Shown here: in pieces, positions 42,012 to 52,531 of the stretch
Numbering within the stretch: position 1 is the stretch's first letter
Layout: every line of letters starts with the position of its first letter
Source: the human T2T-CHM13v2.0 reference genome, Homo sapiens
Strand: one strand, 5' to 3'
DNA length: 64,000 bases
NCBI RefSeq assembly: GCF_009914755.1
Contig: NC_060939.1
Program-made: the position numbers and the translations under genes
Notes under the pieces: model-generated
The model's input: the letters and a program-made list of their open reading frames with translations, nothing else
What the model was told of the DNA's origin: nothing
The model's database searches: none

Positions 42012-42445
42012 TATGTTATTCCATTTGTGTTGCTTTAAGGAAATGCTTGAGGCTGTATAATTTATAAGGAAAAGAAGTTGATTTGGTTCCAAATTCTGCA
42101 GATTGTACAAGAGGCATGGCACCATCTTCTGCTTCTGGTGAGGGCCTCGGGAAACTTCCACTCATGGCAGAAGGCAAGGGGGAACAAATGTGTGCAAATT
42201 ACATGGCAAGAGAGGAAGCAAGAGAGAGGGGAAGGATGCCAGGTTCTTTTTGACAATCAGTTCTCAAGGGAACTCTCTTAGGAGCTAATAGAGCAAGAAC
42301 TCACTCATTACTGTGAGGACAGAATCAAGCCATTAATGAGGGATTCTCCTTCATGACCTAAACCCCTACCATTAGGCCCCACCTCCAGTATTGAAGATCA
42401 AATTTCAATGTGAAGTTTGGAGGGTCAGATATTCAAACTAGAGCA
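42012..42445 (-). mobile_element. MSTB-type solo LTR
   Basis: Antisense MST: tgtacaagaggcatggcacca; gagcaagaactcactcattact; attaggccccacctcc; caaactagagca. Confidence 0.9.
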
Positions 42446-42759
42446 ATGGTAAATCATGTTACCTTTGTAAATGACCCCGGAATGGTATCATTTGAAAATT
42501 TTCCTGTTGCTAATTTTCTCCCCATTTTCCCCACTCTCAAGTTAAATTCTGCTAGTTAGAATGGAGAGAGAGATGGTCCATCTAGCTTCTAGCTTCTGAA
42601 GTTCCTTCCAATTCTATGTTGCTATGGTTCTATCTTGTAAAGAGAACTAAAAACAATGAATATCATTCTTCCCAAGGGTGAACATCTGTACCATGCAACG
42701 CAGAGTGGCCTTTTAGGAAGAAGCACCCTGGTGCTATAGAGAAGGAAGCCCAGCCAATT

Positions 42760-43290
42760 TGGCAGAAGGTTTCAAAAAACTTTAAAAAATGTTTATACAT
42801 TTTCAGCCAGAAATCCACTCCCAGGGATGTGTCATACTCAAATTAACCCAGATGTGCATGATGTATCTGCAAAGGTGTTGGTCACAATTTACTTTATAGT
42901 TGCAAAAAGCAAGAAATAGAAGAAATAGATAGAATATCTTATAACAGGAGAACTGATAAATAAATCATGGTACTGCCTTAGGATTGACTGCTATGAAACC
43001 ATTAAAATGATGTTATAAAAAATTAATGACATGGAAAATACTCATATGAAATTATGAAGAGAAAAAATCAGGTTGTAGAACAATGTTTGTGTTTGGTTCC
43101 TATGTGTATATACAAAGATAAAAAGGCTGGAAAGGCATATGCTAAAATGTTAAAAATGGCTATTCCTTCATGATGGGATTAAGAATGATTTCTATTTTCT
43201 TGTACATGTCTGTATCTTTAAAATCTTCTAAAATAAAAATGCTACTTATGTAATATATATTAAAAGTATTCATTTAAAAATTAAAAATAG
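42760..43290 (+). mobile_element. Old L1ME 3' fragment
   Basis: gataaataaatcatggtac; attaatgacatggaaaatactca; A-rich end. Confidence 0.65.
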
Positions 43291-43459
43291 CCCTAGTCTG
43301 AGAGTTAGAATCCTGAGTTTCATTCTTTTTGTTTAACTTGTATCTCTTAATAATTAATAGCATATCATCAATGTTAAGGAAACAATATAAAGCCTAAGAT
43401 ACATATAATTTCTTATCTAATACCTGACTCTTCTATAGCAGGCCCTTCTCACCCTAAAC

Positions 43460-45093
43460 TTTTTTTTTAATACTTTAAGTTCTGGAATACTTGTGCAGAA
43501 TATGCAGGTTTGTATCATTGGTATACATGTGCCATGGTGGTTTGCTGCACCCATCAAGCCGTCATCTACATTAGGTGTTTCTCCTAATGCTATCCCTCCC
43601 CTAACCCCCCACCTCCAAACAGGCCCTGGTGTGTGATGTTCCCCTCCCTGTGTCCATGTGTTCTCATTTTTCAACTCCCACTTATAAGTGAGAACATGTG
43701 GTGTTTGGTTTTCTGTTCTTGTGTTAGTTTTCTGAGAATGATGGTTTCCAGCTTCATCCATGTCCCTGCAAAAGACATGAACTTATCCTTTTTTATGGCC
43801 ACATAGTATTCCACGGTATATATGTGCCACATTTTCTTTATCCAGTCTATCACTGATGGGCATTTGGGTTGGTTCCAAGTCTTTGCTATTGTGAACAGTC
43901 CTGCAATAAACACACGTGTGCATGTGTCTTTATAGTAGATTGATTTATAATCCTTTAAGTATATACCTAGTAATGGGATTGCTGGGTCAAATGGTATTTC
44001 TGGTGCTAGATTCTTGAGGAATTGCCACACTGTCTTCTACAACAGTTGAACTAATTTACACTCCCACCAACAGTGTCAAAGTTTTCCTATTTCTCCACAT
44101 CCTCTCCAGCATCTGTTGTTTCCTGACTTTTTAATGATCGCCATTCTAACTGGTGTGGGATGATACCTCATTTTTGTTTTGATTTGCATTTCTCTAATGA
44201 CCAGTGATGAGTGATGATGAGTTTTTTTTTTTTCATATGTTTGTTGGTGGCATAAATGTCTTCTTTTGAGAAGTGTTTGTTCATTTCATTTCCCCACTTT
44301 TTGATGGGGTAATTGTTTTTTGCTTGTAGATATGTTTAAGTTATTTGTAGATTCTGAATATTAGCCCTTTGTCAGATGGATAGATTGCAAAAATTTTCTC
44401 CCATTCTGTAGGTTCCCTGTTCACTCTGATGATAGTTTCTTTTGCTTTGCAAAAGCTCTTTAGTTTACTTAGATCCCATTTGCCAATTTTGGCTTTTGTT
44501 GCCATTGCTTTTGGTGTTTTAGACATGAAGTCTTTGCCCATGCCTATGTCCTGAATGATATTGCCTAGGTTTTCTTCTAGGGTTTTTATGGTTTTAGGTC
44601 TTAATCCATCTTGAGTTAACTTTTGTATAAGGTGTAAGGAAAGGGTCCAGTTTCAGTTTTCTGCGTATGGTTATCCAGTTTTCCCAACACCATTTATTAA
44701 ATAGGGAATCTTTTCCCCATTGCTTGTTTTTGTCAGGTTTGTCAAAGATCAGATGGTTGTAGATGTGTGGCATTATTTCTGAGGCCTCTGTTCTGTTCCA
44801 TTGGCCTATATATCTGTTTTGGTACCGGTACCATGCTGTTTTGGTTACTGTAGCCTTGTAGTATAGTTTGAAGTCAGGTAGCATGATGCCTCCAGCTTTG
44901 TTCTTTTTGCTTAGAATTGTCTTCTCTATATGGGCTCTTTTTTGGTTCCATATGAAATTTAACGTGTTTTTTTCTAATTCTTTGAAGAAAGTCAGTGGTA
45001 GCTTGATGGGGATAGCATTGAATCTATAAATTACTTTAGGAAGTATGGCCACTTTCATGATATTGATTCTTCCTATCCATGAGCATGGAATGT
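43460..45093 (-). mobile_element. 5'-truncated primate L1PA (about L1PA7): ORF2 C-terminal remnant and 3' UTR
   Basis: ORFs 44594-45058, 44341-44541 and 43671-44030 are L1 ORF2p segments ([47 protein letters not shown]). Poly(T) at the left end. Confidence 0.97.
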
Positions 45094-45724
45094 CTTATCT
45101 TCATCAAAAATCTGCTGGGTGACCTTGGGTGATGCATTTCGTCTCTCTGGGATTTAATGTCCTCATTATGGGATAGAGCCATTAGGGTTCCACACAGGTG
45201 TCCAAGGAGCAGCTGAATAGGTGAATGCTGTGGACCTCCATCTCTGCTCTCATCAGATCAGCTGTGTTTTTCTCTGTCTAAATATCTGTCATTGACCTTA
45301 TGTTTTGTTTGAATAAAAGAGGTTAAGATCATTTATTAATTGTTAAACATTACTGATTTAGATAGCTGCCAAAATCCCTTCCAGCAACAACATTCTTTGA
45401 CCTAGTCATTATAATTTTCACACCCGTTTTCATAACTATTTCCCAAACTATTCAGACCATGTTCTGCTTGAATTGGAGACTGCCACCAAGTGGACTTGAG
45501 AAAAGGTGGGAGACCCAGAAAGATAATAAATAAGTTTATCTGTCAGGTTTGGCATGTGGCTGCAGCAGACTCAAAAGGTGATTTTGAGTCTGAAAAATGC
45601 ATACTACTAATCTACCCCCAACTTCGTGTCCTCTACAAGTGAGGACTGTAGCTCCGTATTGGCACACTTTGCAACCCTCTATGTGTTCTGCAGATGGCAG
45701 ATTTTCCTGGGTCTTTCTTGTCCT

Positions 45725-45974
45725 TTATGACAGCCAACATGGACAACCAAACATGTGAGTGAAGACACCTCCAGATGATTTCAGTCCCAGCCACCAGGTC
45801 ACCATTAGCCTTTGAGTCTTGCTAGCTGAGGCCCCAGACATCATAGTGCAGAAGAAAGCTGTCTTTTCTGTATCCTCTTTGAATTGTTGACCCATGGGAA
45901 GTGTAAGCAAAATAAAGTGTTTGTTTTCTGCTACTAAGTCTTAGGATGATGTGTTACTCAGCCATAGTAACTGT
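45725..45974 (+). mobile_element. MLT1F/H-type LTR 3' fragment
   Basis: catgtgagtgaagacacctccagatgatt; agctgaggccccagacatcat; gttactcagccatagtaactg. Confidence 0.8.
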
Positions 45975-46075
45975 TGTTTCCCTAGACCTCTTCAGCTATA
46001 GATTAAAACGAAATGTTAATAACTTTAATACACTAAACATCCTGCTTTTACACCCACTTATTCACACAGGCCTTC

Positions 46076-46456
46076 TGCTACAGTCTACATGTTTGTCTCC
46101 TCCAAAAACTCACATGCCGAAATCTAATCCCCAACAGTATTAAGAGGTGGGACTTTTGGGAGGTGATTAGGTGATGAGGGCAGAGCCCTCGTGAATAGGA
46201 TTAGTGCCCTTATACAAGAGGTCCCAAGGAGCTTGTTTTCTCCTTTCACCATATAAGGATTGCAGTGTGATAGTGCCATCTGCAAAGCAAAGAGCAAGTC
46301 CTCACTAGAAACTGAACCTGTTGACACCTTGATCTTAAACTTTCCAGCCTCCAGGACTGTGAACAATAAATTTCTGTTGTTTGTAAGTTACCCATTCTAT
46401 TGTTTATAAGTCTTGTTGATATTATTTTGTTATAACAACCTGAATAAATGAAGACA
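46076..46456 (+). mobile_element. MSTD/MLT1A0-type solo LTR
   Basis: TG...CA termini, aataaa, TSD ccttc / ccatc. Confidence 0.9.
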
Positions 46457-47229
46457 CCATCCAATCCCTGCAAAATCTTGGGTTCTCCAAGGGAATCCCA
46501 GGACATTTACTCTGGCTTCCTTTCAAACCTCTGTTGATGACCAATCTTGTCCCCTGGGCATTCACAGTGGCCCATGGCCAGCCGCAATAAACTTAAGAAC
46601 TGGAGCTTCATTCCAGCAAGTAAAGTTCTGCTTCCCCTTCTTTAGGCCTTCAGTGAATTAAAATTCTGGCCCCAGACCCTTATTTGCTCTGATTGCTACC
46701 TGTTCATGGTTTTCCCTAATACTCCTATCATCACTGAAGATCCTTGCTGGACCTCTGTGATAACAATCACCACCTATCTCAGTCAAATTCCACATAACAC
46801 CTGTGTGACTGTACCCTCCTCCTGCTGGGCACAACCTGTCAGTCTAGACCTTCCTCCATACTACCCTGAAAATCTGCCCAAGTTGTCTGAGCCTCCCCAG
46901 TGGGTGTATGCTCAGGGTCTTGGCCTCACAATCTGGCCTGTCTGAAACCAGCCAAGCCCTGGTTCTGGCTCCATGCTGAGCCCCTAACAGATAAAATTGT
47001 AACTATAGTGCCCATAACCTATGTTTTACTTAAGTAGTCATTAGCGGCCAGTAGTTGTAGATGTATCCCAGACTGGCTCATGAGAAATGGGGAAGGGAAA
47101 ACTTTGACCTTCATTCCTTTGTTTATGACTCAGACTCTCCTCTAGCTTATAAAGCTCCCCAGCCTCTGCCTAGCAAATACAAAGCCACCATCTGCTAGCT
47201 CATGAAGTACCAAAGACAGGAAGCTGGCA

Positions 47230-47380
47230 TCTTGGCTTGGGTTCAGATTTGCTGTGTAATTTTGAGAAGCCACTCTTCTCTTGTCTGTACTGGGGCTAAT
47301 ACCATCTACCTTTCAGGGTTGTTGGGAGACTTAATGTGCTGTTAATCTCTGCAGTATCTGGAAAGTTACAGCTACCATTG
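47230..47380 (+). mobile_element. MIR SINE fragment
   Basis: ggggctaataccatctacctttcagggttgttgggag. Confidence 0.6.
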
Positions 47381-48038
47381 ATTATCAGAAGAAAAGCTTA
47401 TTTTCAACAGCCAATTACAAACATACATGGAATCCAGAGAATTATGCAAAACAGGTTTTATTATCTCCCATCCAGTTGCCCATTTGCCCATACAGACCTG
47501 GACCTGGATGGGTGTCTGTTATCTCCTGGATCTCCACTCTTTTCCCTTTTATTTCCCTCTTCCCCTCACCCAGAGAACCCTGGCCCCCTGTTTACCAGGA
47601 GCCACACCATCTAACCATGGTGACAGTTTTCCTAGCTCCAGTCTGATAGGACGTGTGAATGCAAGTTTTCTCTATCCTGTGATGACAGTGACATGCCAGC
47701 AAAGCTTAAAAGAAACCTCAGATCGTTCTGTCAATCTTCTTGGCCCCATGAACTACTTCCCACCAGCATCTCAGCACCCTTCATCTCTGTTGACATTGTC
47801 TGTCTCCGTGTGCAGCTGTCAATCACATAGGTTCATTTCACCCCAGCACATTGGCATGGGGCCCAGACTGACCACTGAGACCTTATCTTAAAAGATTGCC
47901 AAAATGTTAAGTGAGAAAGGAGCTCTGTGTGCAAGGACACCATCTAGGTCTGGAACTACTAGTGCCATGTTGATGGCATATGAGAAGAATTGGTCTGCGG
48001 ATGAAGCCAATACAGAGGGGTGGGAAGAGTGATGGGAA

Positions 48039-48493
48039 GTATTTGAGTTTTGCTTCCATAGAAGAAGAGCCTGAGATGGGGATTTTCATTCAAGCTATTT
48101 ATTAAGAAATTAGTTTCAAAAAAAAAAGTGTGAGTGTGCATTGTGGGGGCAGGTGAGGAAAGTAGGCTAGGACAAGAAATTAAGCTAAGTAAGGATGTGG
48201 TCTCCATTGGGGTCCAGCTTTCGCCTGATCTCACAGAGAACTCTGGAGCAAGCATTGCCCCTCAGAGTTGGTCATGCTTGTGGTAAGGGAACCAGCCTTT
48301 TGTACCTCAAGTTGATCAATTAATGACTGTGAGCTACTCCAGAAATAAAGAGGTATGGGGCAGTGGGGTAAGAAATAACTTCCAAGGTAGAAGAGGAGGC
48401 CATGAGCTGTCAAGGGTCAACACTGACAGTACTGAGGGAGTATGCACTGCTGGCTCATGTGGATCTGGTGGAATGCCAAGAGTGTCTACTACA
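48039..48493 (-). mobile_element. LTR33-family solo LTR (ERVL)
   Basis: agaagagcctgagatggggatt...tttattaag at the left; ggatctggtggaatgccaagagtgtctactaca at the right (antisense 5' end). Confidence 0.65.
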
Positions 48494-48529
48494 GGGAAAG
48501 AGAAAGTCCTGGTGAAAAATTCAGGGACT

Positions 48530-48740
48530 AAGGACCTGAGCTTTGGAGTCAAAAGCTCAAAAGCTTTGGGTTCACATCACATTTCCTACACTTGCTCCCT
48601 GTATCATTCTGGGGAAGTTACTTAGTTTTTGCACCACAGTTTCTTTATTTGTCAAGGAGGGATACAAGTAATACCTACCTAATGAGAAAATGTGTGTAAA
48701 GCACATAGGAGAGTGCTTGCCATGTAGAAAGAACAGTGCT
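48530..48740 (+). mobile_element. MIR SINE
   Basis: gctttggagtca; gggaagttactta; cagtttctttatttgt; tgtgtaaagcacatag. Confidence 0.75.
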
Positions 48741-49859
48741 GTGTCCCTGCAGTAGAGAAAGGCAGCCCCTAAGAGAGTCAGTTCCCAGGACATTTGATGA
48801 ACTCACACTAGGCCCCAAAGCCTGCTCTGTTTCTACTGTATATTGAATGTGAGAAATGAAGTAAACAACAAAAATATTCAGGACTCATGCATTACCGGGG
48901 CTGGATATTACCAGGAACAAGTGTCTCTAGAGAGGCACTTTTCAGAGGCACTTAGCAGAAGAGAGAGTGGGGAAAAGCAGAGTTGTTCACTGGGCATTCC
49001 CCGGAGTGATTTCTGAGGGTTCATTTCTAAAGGCAAATACAGTAAACTGCCCCACTAAGGAGTGACCCAGTGTACCAGAGGCTCTGGAAATATGCAGATG
49101 GAATTTCTGGGATTCATGATCTTGCAATGGGTTGTTTTCCCTTTCGTCAAGCGGTAGTCCCAAGGGGACTGGCAGCAAGCTTTTCTCAGTACCATAGATA
49201 AGCAAAGAGCAGCTGAAAGGGGCTCTCTTGCCAGTCCCCGAGGTACAGGCTGTCAGCTGAGAGTCCTAGCAAAGCACACAAAGGGACACAATTGGCATTT
49301 ACACTAACGATGCAACGGAGCTCTAATCCTCTGCCCTTTGACCCTGTACTATATTCCAATAGGTCAGAGCATCCTTGCTTGGCTTCCCTAATGCACATTA
49401 TCTTCTCTGGTCAATAAAATTCCCCTCTGTCTCTGCACTGACAATAGATGTGAAGGTCAGCTCGCCCCCTCCAGCTGCAACAGTGTCTGAGCTGTCAGTG
49501 GGAATTTAAATTAAGGATATAGGTAATCATTTCATTGCTTTTAGGCAAAAATGGAAGATTTGTTGCTCTGGCTGCAATCAGATTCTCAGAAGAAGTGAAA
49601 AGATCTCTGGGCTCCCAGGGGAAGATATTTTAAAGTGCCTGAGGGGGTAAAGCACATGGTGGCCTCACACAGCAAATCTCCTAAGAGAAAGAAGCTATCC
49701 ATTACATATTTCCTGTTGCAAGTCACCTTCTTTCTCAGCTTTCACTGTCAAACACTGTCACATCTAGTGGACGGGCAAAGTCATAATTGGAGTGAAATGA
49801 ATTTTGAACAAAAAGAAGTTCAAGAAAAGAAAGGCAAGCATAAATAAAGGAGTGGCTAA

Positions 49860-50050
49860 AGATCTGGGAGGAAGGGAACCTGCGTGTAGGTCTGGGGGCC
49901 TGAGCCCTAGGCCAACTTTGGAACTTTGCTGCTGACCAGTTCTGGGACCTTGGGTAGGTCCATTTACCTCTCTGGGACCCAGTGCCCTTATGAGCAAAAT
50001 GATTTGATTGAGGTTAAAAGTCCTCTAAGATCCTTTCTCATTCCAGTATT
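49860..50050 (+). mobile_element. MIR SINE
   Basis: gaccttgggtaggtccatttacctctctgggacccagt. Confidence 0.65.
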
Positions 50051-50499
50051 TCCTGAGCTTAGAAGTCATTTTGGCTTATAGCTGTTTAGGGTACACTAGT
50101 CTCATTTTAGAAAGACAGGGGATAAGAGATGTGGTTTGCCCTCAGAATCCTCAAATCCTATAAAGTTGAACTGGAATGGAGCTCCACAGATCATCCTGTC
50201 CAACCTGCTTATTTTGAAGATGGAAAAACTAAAGTGACTTTTCTACTTGGTTTTTTAAACCAAAAACTTTCTCTTGATCTTTTTTCTTTCTATCCTCTTT
50301 TCCTAGCTCTCTTTTCTTGACCCTTCTTTTAGACTATTGATGGAAGATCTTCAAATTTGGTTCGAATTTTTTCTTTCAAGGCAGTGAGAAATAGAGAAAA
50401 GGATTAGGAAGAGAAGGAAACTAATTCATACTTCTTTGAAAAGAGTCAGAAGGAGATTCCAATTGTTGACTTTATACACAAAGAATTTCCAGGACGATT

Positions 50500-51130
50500 A
50501 GAGATTTAATTGCAAAAATCAAAACAACTTAGTACTAGATGCAAGTACACACACACACACACACATACACACATATAGAATCTTGTTATGGGTGAGAATA
50601 TGATGCTTAAGGTAGAAAAAATGAAGAGACCAATATATTACAGTCACATAAAAATTAAGAAGAATTGTACACTCAAAATACCTACACAACATTATATGTC
50701 AAAAGAAAGTCATGAAAAAAATGTGCATTTCATGGAACAGATAGTTAGTCTTCTTAATATATGAAGTTTTCTTACAACTTAATATGAAAAATATGAACAC
50801 ATGGTAAAAAGAACAAAAGATATAAATTGGCAAGTCACTGAAGAAATAAAAATACTCCAGCTCAATAAATACAAATAAATACCAACTTAAAAAAATTGTC
50901 AGATATGTTTCACTTATGAAGTTGACAAGTTTATATTACTTTCATTTTTTATAGTGACAACAGCTCACTTTGGTAAATGTGGTAAAAAATCTCCTGGTAG
51001 AAGTGTAAATGGGTATTGTTGGTAACATGGCAACACATGTAACGCTCTTTAAAACTGAGAACACCCTCTAACCTAGAAATCCCACCTCTAGGAATTCCAT
51101 ATATAGGAAACAATCCAAGAAAATAGTCAG
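50500..51130 (+). mobile_element. Old L1ME fragment with (CA)n at 50547-50573
   Basis: A-rich decayed L1 ORF2 end (ggtagaagtgtaaatggg; cccacctctaggaat). Confidence 0.6.
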
Positions 51131-51298
51131 GGATGCCTTATTAGATCCCCTTTCAGCAGCTTCTGTAGAGTGAATTTCCCCCTGAGCCTAGGGTAAATGG
51201 GCTCTTGTCTATGCAAATCCACAGGGCTGCCCAAAATAGACAAGGCTACATCTCTACTCTTTACCCTAAGCTTACCAATAACACCATGAGTGACCCTG

Positions 51299-51671
51299 CA
51301 TGTTGGTTTATTCAGTCTGCCATAACAAAATGCCACAGACTGAGTGGCTTAAACAAAAGACATGAAGTTTCCCACAGTTCTGGAGGGTCAAAGTCCAAGA
51401 TTTCTGGTTTCTGGTGAGGCCTCTCTTCCTAAATTGTAGACAGTTGTCTTCCTACTCTTTACACACACATACACACACACACACACACACACATCTCTTA
51501 TGTCTCTTCCTCTTGTTGTAAGGACATCAGTTCTATTGGATTAGGACCCCACCCTTATAACTTTATTTATTCTTAATTACATCCTTAAAGGTCCTATCTC
51601 CAAGTCATTGCGGGAGTTAGGACTTCAACATATGAATTGGCAGTGGGGAGGGCAATATTCAGTTCATAACA
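51299..51671 (-). mobile_element. MLT1A-type solo LTR with internal (CA)n at 51461-51493
   Basis: gccataacaaaatgccacagactgagtggcttaaac; ttaggacttcaacatatgaatt; ttcagttcataaca. Confidence 0.9.
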
Positions 51672-51870
51672 CTCTAAGTGAGCCTATTTATTTGCTCATT
51701 CAATTGTTCATTTAGCATTTATCAAGCAACTATAATTGCAAGGCCCTGTGCTATGTCTGGGATGTGTGTTTGTTATACTTGTCATTCTTCCCTGACCATG
51801 GGTTATATGAATCTGGGCTGAGATTTCTAATATAAATTATCAAAGTTGTGTACTAAAAAACTGAAAGGCA

Positions 51871-52531
51871 GAAAACTTATTTCTACACTAAAACCTGCAC
51901 ATGAATGTTTGCACCACCTTTATTCATAAACTGCTGAAACTTGGAAACGGCCATGATGTCCTTCAGCAGGTGAGTGGATAAACAAACCGTTACTTCTACA
52001 CAACGGAATATTATTCAGTGATGAAAAGGAATGAGCTATCAAACCACAAAAAGACCTGAAGTAAATGCAAATGCACATTCCTAAATGAAAAAAAAAATCT
52101 GAAAAGTTGGAATCATACAGTATATGATTTTCTGGAAAAGGCAAAAACTACGGAAATAGTAAAAGAATCAGTGGTTTCCAGGGGTTGGCAAAGAGAGAGA
52201 GAAATGCGTGGGGCACAGGGAACTTTTAGGGCAGTGAAACTATTCTGTGTGAACCCTAGTGGTGGATACTTCTTAATGTACATTTGTCAAAACCAATAGA
52301 AGGTACAAAACAAAGAGTGAGCCCTAATGTATACCATAGACTTTAATTCATAACAACGTATCATTATCAGTTTATCGATTACAACAAATACTCCACACTG
52401 ATGCAAAATGTTAATAATAGGGAAAATGGGAGCAGGTGGTGAGTGGGTGTAAGGGAACTCTCTAGTTTCTGCTCATTTTTCTGTAAACTTAAAAACTACT
52501 CTAAAAGATAAAGTCTATAAATTTATTTTTT
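51871..52531 (+). mobile_element. L1MC1/2-type 3' fragment
   Basis: aaaaggaatgagctatcaaacc; ttttagggcagtgaaactattctgt; aagagtgagccctaatgta. aaaggca on both flanks is a possible TSD. Confidence 0.88.

Noticed and set aside
43417-45058. ORFs of up to 154 aa on the minus strand
   Set aside because: L1 ORF2p remnants and 3' UTR read-through in a 5'-truncated L1PA.
43411-45100. tcttatct on both sides of the minus-strand L1PA as a TSD
   Set aside because: The left copy lies about 40 bp away from the poly(T) with no second tail; likely chance.
47427-47891. 154-aa ORF in apparently unique DNA
   Set aside because: No recognisable homology, domain or exon context; length is within chance expectation for 64 kb in six frames.
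49455-49480. CTCF-like motif on the minus strand (gctggagggggcga); similar at about 18450
   Set aside because: Mismatches at the conserved 5' positions of the core; too weak to call without ChIP data.
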